Shown here: positions 11,001 to 23,636 of the stretch, piece after piece
How the letters are laid out: each line of letters opens with the position of its first letter
Position numbering within the stretch: the stretch's first letter is position 1
Source of the DNA: an uncultured Planctomycetota bacterium
Lineage (GTDB): Bacteria; Planctomycetota; Planctomycetia; Gemmatales; Gemmataceae
Reading direction: 5' to 3'
Assembly: GCA_963849325.1 (NCBI GenBank)
Contig: CAWKHF010000009.1
Coordinates: 160,001-224,000, forward strand
Length of the DNA: 64,000 nucleotides
Notes under the pieces: generated by a model
Told to the model about the DNA's origin: nothing
Database searches by the model: none
What the model saw: the letters and a program-made list of their open reading frames with translations, nothing else
Program-made: the position numbers and the translations under genes

Positions 11001-14000
11001 GCAAATCAGCACGACCGACGTACATCTGTTTCAGCGGCTGGCGACGCACTTGCTGTACGCCGGCCCGGCGCTGCGCCGCCCCGGAAGTGCTGGCCGCCAA
11101 TCGTCAGGGCCAGCCCGGACTATGGCGTTACGGCATCTCCGGCGAGAAGCCGATCCTCCTCGTCCGCGTCGGCGCCGGCGAGGATCTGCCGCTGGTCCGC
11201 CACCTGTTGCTGGCCCATTCGTACTGGCACTTGAAGGGCTTGGCGGTGGACCTCGTCATCCTGAGCGAGCAGCCGGCCAGCTACGTCGAGGAGTTGTTCC
11301 AGCAGATCCAGGAGGCGGTGCGGTCCAGCCACTCGCACGGTCTGGTGGACAAGCCGGGCGGCGTGTTCGTGCGCAAGGCGGCACAGATGCCGGAGGAGGA
11401 CCAGGTACTCTTGCAGGCGGCGGCGCGCGTGGTGCTGACGGGCCGGCGCGGGTCGCTGGCGGTGCAGCTGGGCGAACTGGGCGACCGGGCCGCGCCGGCG
11501 GCGCCGCTGCCGGAGCGCTTCGCGCCGGCGCGAGGGCCACGCAAGAGCGGCGGGACCGACGACCGAACGTGTCGCTGCCGTCGGACCTGCTGTTCGCCAA
11601 TGGACTGGGCGGCTTCACGCGCGGATGGTCGAGAATACTGCATCCTGCCCTACCGCAAGCCCGAGGGGCGAGAGGCGAGAAGCGAGGGACGAGGGAGAAG
11701 TCTCGGGCTTCGCCACGGCACGAGTATCGCTGTCCGCAGCACGATCCTCGCTGTTTTCCGCCGGCGCCGTGGATCAACGTCGTGGCCAACCCGCTGTGCG
11801 GCTTTCTGGTCTCCGAGAGCGGCCTGGGCTACACCTGGGCCGGCAACAGCCAGCAGTATCGGCTGACGCCGTGGAGCAACGATCCAGTCAGCGATCCGCC
11901 GGCCGAGGTGGTGTATCTGCGCGACGAGGAGACCGGCGAGGTCTGGACGCCGACGCCGCGACCGCTGGGTCGGGGCGCGGCCGACCCTGGTGCGCCACGG
12001 CCAGGGCTACACGCGCTTCGAGCAGCGCAGTCACGGCCTGAACCAGGAGCTGCGCGTCTTCGTCGTCGCCCGACGAGCCGGTCAAGATGATCGCCGCTGC
12101 GCGTGCTGGAACTCCGGCAGCCAGCCGCGCCGCCTGTCGGCGACGTTCTACGCCGAATGGGTCCTCGGCAGCGTGCGCGACCAGGCGGCGATGAACGTGC
12201 GCACGGAGATCGATGAGCGAGAGCGGGGCGCTCCTGGCGCGGAACCCGTTCGCGGCGGACTTCGCCGACCAGGTGGCCTTCGCCGACGTGAACCTGCGGC
12301 CGCGCACCCTGACCGGCGACCGCACCGAGTTTTTGGGTCGCAACAGTTCGGTGGACGCGCCGGCGGCGCTGGGGCGGGTGGAGTCTATCCGGCCGGGTCG
12401 GGCCGGGGCTGGATCCCGTGCGCCGCCTTGCAAGCGGCGTTCGAGTTGCCGGCCGGCGAAGAGTGCGAGGTCGTCTTCTTCCTTGGCTCCGCCCGCGATG
12501 TCGGCATCGTCCGCGCCCTGCTGCGGCGCTGCAAGGGACCGGGCCGCGTCCGCGCTGCCTGGGACGACGTGCAGCAGCGCTGGGACCGCGTGCTGACGGC
12601 GGTGCAGGTGCGCACGCCGGACCCGGCGATGGACGTGCTGCTCAACCGATGGCTGCTCTACCAGGTGCTCGAGCTGCCGCGTCTGGGGCCGATCCGCCTT
12701 CTACCAGTCCGGCGGCGCCTACGGCTTCCGCGACCAGTTACAGGACGTGATGGCCCTCGTTTACGGCGCCCCGGAGGAGACGCGGGCGCAGATCCTGCGG
12801 GCGGCGGCTCGCCAGTTCGTCGAAGGCGACGTGCAGCACTGGTGGCACCCGCCCGCCGGCAAGGGCGTCCGCACGCGCATCTCCGACGATTACCTGTTTC
12901 TGCCCTTCGTCGTCTGCCATTACGTCGCCGTCACCGGCGACACGGCGATCCTGGACGAGAAGGTGCCGTTTCTGTCGGCGCCGATACTGAAGCCGGGGCA
13001 GGAGGAGGATTACGGCCAACCGAGGCTGGCCGACGAGTCCGGCACCATTTACGAGCATTGCGTGCGCGCGCTTGAAAAACGGGCTGCATTTCGGAGTCGC
13101 ACGGACTGCCGCTGATGGGCACCGGCGACTGGAACGACGGCATGAACAAGGTCGGCGCCGAGGGCAAGGGCGAGAGCGTCTGGAACGGCTGGTTCCTGCT
13201 GACATGCCTGCGTCACTTCGCCGAGCTGGCCGAGGCCCACGGTGACACGGACGTGGGCCGACGATTGCCGCGAGCAGGCGGAGAACCTGCGCAGCGCCAT
13301 CGAGGAACACGCCTGGGACGGCGCCTGGTATCGGCGGGCTTATTTCGACGATGGCACGCCGCTGGGCTCGGCCCAGAACGACGAGTGCCGCATCGACTCC
13401 ATCGCCCAGTCGTGGGCGGTGCTGTCCGGTGCCGGCGATCCGGAGCGGGCACAACAGGCGATGGCGGCCGTGGATGAGCAGCTGGTGCGGCGCTGGACGG
13501 CCTGATTCGCCTGTTCACGCCGCCCTTCGACAAGGGCGAGCTGCACCCCGGTTACATCAAGGGCTACGTTCCTGGCATCCGCGAGAACGGCGGCCAGTAC
13601 ACGCACGCCGCCACCTGGGTCGTGCAGGCGGCGGCCCTGCTGGGCCAGGGCGATCGCGCCAAGGAGTATTTCGATCTGCTCAGTCCGGTGCGGCACACGC
13701 ACGACGCCGGAGCAGGTGGCGCGCTATCACGTCGAGCCTTATGTGGTGGTCGCCGACATTTACGGCGAGCCGCCGCACACCGGACGCGGCGGCTGGACCT
13801 GGTACACCGGCTCCGCCGCCTGGCTGTACCGCGTCGTGCGTCGAGTCCATCCTCGGCTTCCAGCCGCGCGGCGACCGTCTCCGCATCGACCCGTGCATCC
13901 CGAAGGAGTGGAAGTCGTTCACCCTCACCTATCGGCACCGCTCGGCGACGTATCGCATCCATGTCGAAAACCTGCACGGCGTCGAGTACGGCGTCGCGGA

Positions 14001-14091
14001 AGTCATCGTCGATGGACAGAAGCACGAGGACAAGGATGTCGAGTTGGCCGACGACGGACGGACGCACGAGGTCCGCATCGTGCTGGGTTGA
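5061..14091 (+). CDS. ndvB: Cyclic beta-1,2-glucan synthase/phosphorylase (GT84 + glucoamylase-like + GH94), many apparent frameshifts
   Basis: Collinear motifs across frames: [154 protein letters not shown]. Confidence 0.93.
5729..5781. repeat. Heptamer tandem repeat (CCCTCCA)x4+ with a short GGTGGAGGG arm, inside ndvB
   Basis: CCCTCCA units at 5748, 5755, 5762 and 5769, partial at 5776. Confidence 0.9.
6170..6244. repeat. Inverted heptamer tandem repeat (GGGTGGA)x4 / (CCCTCCA)x5, in-frame inside ndvB
   Basis: 75 bp; translated as [25 protein letters not shown]. Confidence 0.93.
7526..7586. repeat. Palindromic element inside ndvB (ASGGRQPP...GLTPPAR peptide)
   Basis: GGCGAGCGGGGGGCGTCAGCCCCCTGTTG-CTCC-CAACAGGGGGCTGACGCCCCCGCTCGCC; arms differ only as G6 vs C5. 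Confidence 0.92.
11663..11697. repeat. Degenerate heptamer run inside ndvB
   Basis: GAGGGGC GAGAGGC GAGAAGC GAGGGAC GAGGGAG, lying between REYCI and PAPWINV. Confidence 0.6.
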
Positions 14092-14097
14092 TCTTCA

Positions 14098-14235
14098 TTT
14101 CAGGTCGGCGTGCTGCGTTCGAGCGTCCCCCTTGCTCGACGCGAGGAGTGGATCGCCCGGCACGCGCCGCAGCTCGACGTGGTGGTCAGTCATCCCCGGC
14201 TGGTGGAAACGGGCCTGGACCTGTTCGACAAGGAG
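14098..14235 (+). pseudogene. Fragment of an ICE/plasmid-type SF2 helicase C-terminal domain
   Basis: FQVGVLRSSVPLARREEWIARHAPQLDVVVSHPRLVETGLDLFDK resembles the VLR..V....REDWI.....DVLI.NP.LV.TGLDL segment of ICE helicases; no start codon; similarity breaks off abruptly. Confidence 0.6.
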
Positions 14236-14748
14236 ACTCGGGGATGGAATCCCGCCGATGAGGTACCGATGGTAGGAACGTTCGCTCCGGTCTACCAGCA
14301 CGTGCTGGGCCCACTGCCCGCCCCTACTGTTCCCGGCGTCCTGGGATTTCCTCCAGGCTCCCGAGAATTGTCGGCGTACTGTTGGCCCCGCCGCACATCA
14401 AGGAGGTGGCCCTGCTTCAGACGCTCGGCTTGCCGACGACCTTGAGCCTTGGCCTGCAGAAGTGGTCGTTGCCCCGACTGAGAAGGCTCAACCGCCGCTT
14501 CGCCGGCGCGGATTTTATGGCCGAGCCAGAGGAACCGGAGACTGCAGAGGACAAGCGCGTGCATCCGATCGGTCTCGTGCTTGCCCAGACGCAGACAGCG
14601 CTGCCCACTCCCGCGGCAAAACGCCACGGTCCGCAGCCGCCCCAGCGGCTCCGACGGCGCGTTGCTCCCGAAGGACTTCACCTCGGCGTTTCACGGCGAC
14701 GCTCCGCTGCGCATCGCGGTGGAACGAATGTAATTGTCGGACAAACCT

Positions 14749-15336
14749 TTAGGCGCCGGCGGCGTGGGCCGGCCGGGCGCCCAGAGGCTGGAGCATCCAG
14801 CCCTCGACCTCGATGGAGGCCCCACGCTGGATGAAGTCCACCTCAATCACAAATCGCATGCGTCTGTCGCGGCGGACAATTTTTCCCTGGAGTCCGGCGA
14901 GCGGTCCCGCCGTCAGCACCGCGGACATGCCGGGCTGGAGGCGGTCCTCCGGGGCCACGGGGGCACCGCACTCCATCAGCTGGTAGATCCGCGCCAGGTC
15001 CACCTCCAGCTGCTCGGCCGCAGGGACCGGGAGCACACGGACGACTTGATTCGTCTTCAGGGCCGCCAAACGAGCGTCCTCGTCTCCCCGCAGGAAAACG
15101 TAGCCAGGGAAGAGAGGGACGTGAGAAACCAGCGGCCGACCACGGCTCTGCCATTGTTTTCGGTAGAGGGGGAGGAAGAAGTCTTGTCGGAGCGTCAGGA
15201 GCTTGCGAGCCAGGGACTTTTCTGCTCGGGGTCGGCTATGGAGGACCCACCAAGTTCCTGCTACCCTCGGACCTGGACCGGGCGGGGTCAAGAGGTCAGC
15301 CGGGTAGACGAACGGCTCCAGGGGCAGTAGAGGCAT
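14749..15336 (-). CDS. NusG-paralogue antiterminator (UpxY/RfaH/LoaP-like)
   Basis: NGN: WWVLHSRPRAEK...PLFPGYVF; KOW: LQPGMSAVLTAGPLAGLQG. Confidence 0.9.
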   Translation of the reverse strand: MPLLPLEPFVYPADLLTPPGPGPRVAGTWWVLHSRPRAEKSLARKLLTLRQDFFLPLYRKQWQSRGRPLVSHVPLFPGYVFLRGDEDARLAALKTNQVVRVLPVPAAEQLEVDLARIYQLMECGAPVAPEDRLQPGMSAVLTAGPLAGLQGKIVRRDRRMRFVIEVDFIQRGASIEVEGWMLQPLGARPAHAAGA

Positions 15337-15429
15337 CAGTCGGGGATCTCGGTTTCATCGACCCCCAAGTCCGTCCTGGCTACGGGAATCGCCTTCTTCC
15401 CCAGCATCCTGAAGGGGAACGCCAACGAC

Positions 15430-15466
15430 AAAAAAAGCACGGATTCGCCGTCAGACACGGCGAGTC
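15430..15466 (-). terminator. Terminator-like hairpin in the leader of the NusG paralogue
   Basis: Minus strand GACTCGCCGT-GTCTG-ACGGCGAATC, then CGTGC and T7. Confidence 0.5.
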
Positions 15467-16014
15467 ACTTCATCCCGAACGGTCAACGAGTCAATAAGGA
15501 AGCCGGCCATGGCGGAGGGACTTACTCCAGCATCGGGCCTTTGCCAAAGTTTCCTTCCCTCCGTCCATCAGAGTGGCGGAGAACCTAACGGTAAACTCGG
15601 TAAGACAGGAACACCTTACAAAGTCGGGACGGAGGTTGTCAAGGACATTAACGGAAAATTAGTCACATTTGGACATACGTAAGGACGTTCGGGAACGGGA
15701 ACGCCTAAGTCGAGATGAACAAACGGATTGCGAATCTCCCCGCCAGGAAGAAATATCCGGGAAGAAACCCGCCGCGGGGCACGGAGTGATCGGGACGATC
15801 GCAAGTCTTCGCAATGATTCTACTTTCGCCGTCCGGTCGGACCCCCGGGCCGCAGAGCGGGTCACTATCCGGATGGGTCCGGACCTCGAACGGACGCGGA
15901 TTCTTAATCCGATTAACAGAACAACGTAAAGCATCCGTATCGTCTCGTCCGAGTCGCCCCGGGCAGTCCGCGCGAACCCTTCATCGCAAGACATTCCCCC
16001 GCGGGACCGACGAC

Positions 16015-16191
16015 CTCGGCCGCGTGCTGAGGAAGACGGCGCCGGGCTGGATGCCGCCGTGGGGACTGGAGTGGCTCTACCGGCTGAGCCAGGAGCCGGG
16101 ACGGCTCTGGCGCCGCTACCGGGTCACCAATACGATCTTCCTAGTGAAAATCGGCCTGGCGCTATCAAGAAGAATCCTCAACCACGGATAA
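16015..16191 (+). pseudogene. C-terminal fragment of a WecB/TagA/CpsF glycosyltransferase
   Basis: APGWMPPWGLEWLYRLSQEPGRLWRRYRVTNTIFL is the family's C-terminal signature; upstream residues are unrelated. Confidence 0.8.
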
Positions 16192-16271
16192 CACGGATAA
16201 GAAAAGCAGAGAGGCAGCGCGACACCCACCGTCCCTATTTTCCCTCCCGTGCTATCCGTGTTCTCCGTGGT
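16181..16271. repeat. Inverted repeat, family D (ACCACGGAT...)
   Basis: ACCACGGATAACACGGATA ... TATCCGTGTTCTCCGTGGT; related copy at 56674. Confidence 0.75.
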
Positions 16272-16456
16272 CCTCCGGGTGCGGTCCTTTCTTACCGGGA
16301 GCGACTCTGTTCTCATCAGATTCTCACGATGGGTAGCCTACATTCTCCGCCGGGTCGCTCCTCCGCGCGGATCGCGTGTCCGATCGCGCGGGGGAAGTAT
16401 TTCCGCACCCTGTCCTCTCCCGAGTTTCGTCAGCATTTTCCGTGCGGGGTGACGTT

Positions 16457-16932
16457 ATGCCAACGATCAAGGAACTTCACGTCAACGGCGCGCGGCGGAC
16501 CCTCGACGCCGACGCGGAGCGCAGTCTGCTCAGCGTCTTGCGCGACGACCTGGATCTGACGGGGTGCAAGTACGGCTGCGGCGAAGGCCGCTGTGGTGCC
16601 TGCACGGTACTCCTCGACGGTCGCCCGATTCGGTCCTGCACCACGCTCGTGCGTGCCGCCGCGGGCAAGAAGGTCCAGACCATCGAAGGACTGGCACAGG
16701 ATGGCAAGCTTCACCCGGTACAGGAAGCGTTCCTGGAGATGGGCGCCTTGCAGTGCGGCTACTGCACGCCGGGCATGATCGTGTCGGCCGTGGGACTCCT
16801 GAGCCGCGAGCCACAGCCGGGCCGCGAGGAGATCGTCCGTTTCATGGGCGGCAACATCTGCCGGTGCGGCACCTATGCGCGGATCGTGTCGGCCATCGAG
16901 AAGGCGGCACGGGTGATGAAGGAGGGCGGTCA

Positions 16933-16936
<4 letters not shown>
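16457..16936 (+). CDS. (2Fe-2S) small subunit, xanthine/aldehyde oxidoreductase family (IorA/CoxS-like)
   Basis: GCGEGRCGACTV...SC and QCGYCTPG...GNICRC. Confidence 0.95.
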
Positions 16937-19107
<2,171 letters not shown>

Positions 19108-19145
19108 CTTCCGACTCCGATTCCTTGCTCTTGGACCTGCATTCG

Positions 19146-19530
19146 CCCGGATTATTCAAACCCCTCACCGCAGGACAGCCGCCCAAGGGCATCCTGCCCG
19201 TTGGTCATGGAACTCCGGCCAGGACCGGCCCCGAGGACACACCGCTCCCTTGGATCGGGTCAGCCCGATGCGCTGGTCGAACTGGCGAATGCGGAGCAAT
19301 CCGGCGTCGCCGGACAGTTGGCCCTCGGACGGCTCAATGACGAGTGGCGTGCCAGGAAAAACGAGGATTTGTCGCCACGCGGATGGTAAACTCATCGGCA
19401 GTCTCCGTGGGAGAGAATCGAACCGGACGCTCAACCGGTTGGACGCGGAAGCGAGCGCTACCATTCCCCAACCGGCCGGAGGGTGGCCGTCGCAGTTGTC
19501 TGCACCGCACTCGCGCTTTCGAGAGAGCGC
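19146..19530 (-). mobile_element. Internally deleted IS1380-family remnant
   Basis: From ATG 19395, MSLPSAWRQILVFPGTPLVIEPSEGQLSGDAGLLRIRQFDQRIGLTR matches the IS1380 transposase N-terminus (SxDAGLL), then jumps to an end ...TTTGAATAATCCGGG at 19146; the high-coordinate boundary is approximate. Confidence 0.7.
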
Positions 19531-19532
19531 CG

Positions 19533-20111
19533 ATGAACGAAGTCACCCAGATCCTGTCCAACCTTACACGGGGCGACACCCACGCCGCCGGGCAGTTGCT
19601 GCCGTTGGTTTACGACGAGCTTCGCCGTCTCGCCGCCGCCCGTCTGGCCGCCGAACCGGCCGGCCACACCCTCCAGCCGACCGCCCTAGTCCACGAAGCA
19701 TACCTCCGGCTGGTCGGCACAGCCGACGGCGACCAGTGGGACCATCGCGGCCACTTCTTCGCCGCCGCGGCCGAGGCCATGCGGCGCATCCTCGTCGAAG
19801 CCGCGCGCCGCAAGAAGACCACCAAGCACGGCGGCGGACTGCACCGACACGACGCCAACGACCTGCCCCTCGCCGCGCCGCCCGTCGAGGACGACCTCGT
19901 CGCGCTCGACGAGGCGCTCACCCGCTTCGCTCAGATCGAGCCACAGAAGGCCGAACTCGTGAAGCTCCGCTATTTCGTGGGGCTAACCATCGAGGAGACC
20001 GCGGCAGCCCTCGGCATCTCCCCGGCGACGGCGAAGCGGCACTGGGCGTACAGCAAGGCGTGGCTGTTTCAGGCACTGGGGGGCGAGGAAAAAAAGTTCG
20101 AGAATCCGTGA
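19533..20111 (+). CDS. ECF sigma-70 factor, planctomycete kinase-associated type
   Basis: LLPLVYDELRRLA, HTLQPTALVHEAYLRL, FFAAAAEAMRRILV, LRYFVGLTIEETA...SPATAKRHWAYSKAWL. Confidence 0.95.
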   Translation: MNEVTQILSNLTRGDTHAAGQLLPLVYDELRRLAAARLAAEPAGHTLQPTALVHEAYLRLVGTADGDQWDHRGHFFAAAAEAMRRILVEAARRKKTTKHGGGLHRHDANDLPLAAPPVEDDLVALDEALTRFAQIEPQKAELVKLRYFVGLTIEETAAALGISPATAKRHWAYSKAWLFQALGGEEKKFENP

Positions 20112-20168
20112 GCTGATTGCGACCCCGTTCTCGCATTACTGGCACCTCAACCGTCACGGGGGCACGCC

Positions 20169-23109
20169 ATGACCGACGAAACGATCTTCGCGACCGCCCT
20201 GGAAAAGGCGGACTCGGCCGAACGGGCCGCGTTCCTGGCCGAAGCCTGCGGCGACGACTCGGCACGCCGCCAGCGCCTGGAAGGGCTGTTGCTGGCGCAC
20301 GCCCGCGCGGCCCGTTTCCTCGAACGTCCGCCGGCCGCCGCGCCCGACTCGAACCAAGGTGCCACCCAGGCCTTGACCGGAACCCCGGAGCCTGGCGTGG
20401 CGGCCGCACAAACCACCGGCGGCGAAAACGGCGCTTCTGATGACGAGCCGCTGACGTTCCTGGCCCCTCCCACCCGCCCCGACGCGCTGGGCCGCATCGG
20501 GCACTACGAGGTACTCCAGGTGCTCGGCAAGGGCGGCTTCGGCATCGTCTTCCGGGCGTTCGACGAGATGCTGCAGCGCGTGGTGGCCTTGAAGGTCATG
20601 GCCCCGCAGCTCGCCGCCACGTCGCCGGCGCGCAAACGCTTTCTGCGCGAGGCCCGATCGTCCGCGCAGGTCCGCCACGAGAACGTGGTGCAGGTGTACG
20701 AGGTCGCCGAGCAACCGCTTGCCCTATCTGGTGATGGAGTTCGTCCCCGGCGAGACGCTCCAGCAACGGCTCGACCGGGTCGGTCCGCTCGAGGTGCCGG
20801 ACGTGTTGCGGATCGGTCGGCAAATCGCCGAGGGGCTGGCCGCCGCCCATGCGATGGACCTGATCCATCGCGACATCAAGCCGGGCAACGTGCTCCTCGA
20901 AGGCGGTCACCAGAAGGTGAAGATCACCGACTTCGGTCTGGCCCGTGCGGCCGACGATGCCAGCATCTCGCAGAGCGGCATCATCGCCGGCACGCCGATG
21001 TACATGGCCCCCGAGCAAGCCGAAGGCCAAACGCTCGACCAGCGGGCCGACCTGTTCAGCCTCGGCAGCGTGCTCTATCAGATGGTATCCGGCCGGCCGC
21101 CGTTCCGGGCGACGACCGCAGTCGCGGTGCTCAAGCGTGTCGCCGAAGACAAGCCGCGGGCCATCCGCGAGATCATCCCCGAAACGCCCCAGTGGCTGTG
21201 CGACATCATCGCCAAGCTGCACGCCAAGGACCCGGACGACCGCTACCAGTCGGCCCGCGAAGTGGCCGACGTGCTCGCCGACTGCGAGGCCCAGCTCAAG
21301 GCCAACTCCAGGCTGAAGGATTACAGCCGCATTCCCCGCAGTAAGCCGCAGCGATCCGGGCGTCGGAAGTGGGTTGTTGTGGCGGCGGCCGTCTTGCTTG
21401 CCGCGGCGGCGGCCGTGCTGCTTGCCCTGTTGCTTCCCGTGATCGTGTTGGTCCTGGCCGCAATGGCGTACCCCATTGAGAAGAAGCATGACTCCCGTGT
21501 GGGACAATCAAAAAATGAGCGGGTCGAGCTTGTGGCCAACACCGCGTTCGACGCGCAGGAAGCCCAGGAAGCATCAGCGAAGCAATGGGGCATCCCGGTC
21601 GAGACGACCAACAGCATCGGCATGAAGTTGCGACTCATCCCGGCCGGCAAGTTCATGATGGGATCGCCAAAGGAGGAAATCGACTTCTGGCTCAAGCTCA
21701 AGCAGGATGGCTGGTACAAGGAACTCCTGCTCAGCGAAGGTCCGCAGCATGAAGTCGGGATCACGCAGCCGTTTTGCATGGGGCAAACCGACGTCACGGT
21801 GGGGCAGTTTCGGCAGTTCGTGAAGGCAACGGGATACAAGACGCAGGCCGAGCGGGAAGGCAGCGCTGTCCGCGGTTTCCCGAATGGGGGATTCAAAGAG
21901 GTCGCGAATACGGACTGGCTCAATCCGGGTTTCGCCCAAACCGACGATCATCCGGTGGTGTGCGTCAGTTGGAATGACGCCGTGGAGTTTTGCCAATGGT
22001 TGAGCAAGCAGGAGGGAAAAACCTACCGCTTGCCCACGGAAGCCGAGTGGGAATATAGTTGCCGGGCCGGATCAAGGGGCCGATGGTCTTTCGGCGACGA
22101 CGAGGGCGAGTTGGGGGATTACGCAAGGGTCGGCGGCAACTCGCAGCATCATTCCTGGCCGGTGGCCGGATTGAAGGCGAATGCGTGGGGTTTGTACGAC
22201 ATGCACGGGAATGTGGAGCAGTGGTGTCAGGACCTGTTCGATCCGAATTACTACAAGACCAGTCCACCGAAAGACCCGCCTGGACCAGCTGCCGGCGATG
22301 AGCGCGTGGCACGGGGCGGATTTTGGCTGTGGGACGACGCGTGGTGGAGCCGCTCCGCAATGCGCCATAAACACAATCCCGCGGGCCGCGCCAACTTTAT
22401 CGGCTTTCGTGTCGCGCTGGTCGTGTCGTCGCCCAAAACGAAGACGCCGCCGCTTGCCGTCGGCCCATTTACCGACGCCGACGTGCAGCGCATCGCCGCC
22501 CTGCCGGCCGAGCAGCAGGTCGAGGAAGTGCGGAAGGAGCTGAAACGCCGCAACCCCGGCTTCGACGGCAAGATGAATACCAAGATCGAGGGCGGCGTAG
22601 TCACCGAATTCAGGATCGTGACCGACAAGGTGACGGACATCGCCCCGATCCGAGTCTTCGGCGCCCTGCGGGTACTCAACTGCCACGGCACGTGGACCGG
22701 CAAGTCCAACGGGCAATTAGCGGACCTAACGGCTCTGAAGGGGTTGAACCTGGGTGGCCTGAGTCTCGAATGCACGCAGGTGAGCGACACGAGCCTGGCC
22801 CACCTGAAGGACTGCAAGAGCCTGACGCGCCTCGCCCTGAACGGAACGAAGGTGAGCGACGCGGGCCTGGCCTACTTCAAGGGCATGCCGCTGAAGCTGC
22901 TGTGGATTCAAGGCACCGGTATCACCGACCTGACTCCCCTGCAAGGCATGCCGCTGGAAGACATCCGCCTGACCCCAAAGAACATCACCAAGGGCCTGGA
23001 TATGCTCCGCGACATGAAGAGCCTCAAAACCATCGGCACAAATTGGGACCATACCTGGCCGGCGGCGGAGTTCTGGGAGCGCTACGACAAGGGGGAGTTC
23101 AAGGAGTAG
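20169..23109 (+). CDS. Membrane Ser/Thr kinase with FGE-sulfatase-like and LRR domains (frameshift ~20718)
   Basis: LGKGGFG, VALK, HRDIKPGN, DFG, GTPMYMAPE; TM helix; HPVVCVSWNDA...RLPTEAEWEYSCRAG...NAWGLYDMHGNV; C-terminal LRRs. Confidence 0.92.
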
Positions 23110-23139
23110 CGCGGCGGTTGCCGGCGGTTGTCCTTGCTG

Positions 23140-23316
23140 ACCCCACGGAAAAAGGTTGGCCCCGGCCCTGCCTGGACGGACTGCGCCTGCGGGCAAGACA
23201 TCGCCGAGCAGCCGGTTTTCGCGGGTCCGTCACGATCCATCGACACAAGTTGGGACGATCCATTGCCTTGTGCGCTTCAGCGAGCCGCCGGCGATGGCGG
23301 CAATGAATAATTCGGG
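23140..23316 (+). mobile_element. Isolated IS1380-like terminal segment
   Basis: Ends TGAATAATTCGGG (23304-23316), a 12/13 inverted match to CCCGGATTATTCA at 19146-19158; no transposase. Confidence 0.45.
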
Positions 23317-23505
23317 TCAGGCGACCTGCTCCAGCCGCAGTTCGGCCAGTTCCTGCCGGAGTTGTTCGGCGAGCATTTCGGATGCCTCGGCCAGGGCCTC
23401 CAGGGCCACCTCGGGATCGGGACCACCCTTCAAGGGCAGGATGGACTCCCGCAGGAATCGGAGGAAATGGTCCCGCAGTTCCTGTTCGACGTGAGATAGT
23501 GCCAT
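23317..23505 (-). CDS. Small hypothetical helical protein
   Basis: 62 aa; strong AAGGAG RBS; GC-rich third codon positions. Confidence 0.7.
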   Translation of the reverse strand: MALSHVEQELRDHFLRFLRESILPLKGGPDPEVALEALAEASEMLAEQLRQELAELRLEQVA

Positions 23506-23636
23506 CGTCTGACTCCTTCTGTCCTGTCCGCTGAGGATGTGTTCGAGCCGCAGGCCCTTCCTCCCTTATACCGCTTCCGCCAGAGTTGGGAAAGGGTGCG
23601 GCCACCTCTCCCTCCCTGGTTCGGAAAGAAGTTCGT

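Noticed and set aside
5061-14091. ndvB as a true pseudogene
   Set aside because: All motifs are present in order, and similar single-base shifts occur in many unrelated genes, so sequencing error is more likely, though unproven
15490-15570. c-di-GMP riboswitch in the NusG-paralogue leader
   Set aside because: GGCAAAG is present, but the P2 GNRA hairpin and the rest of the consensus are missing
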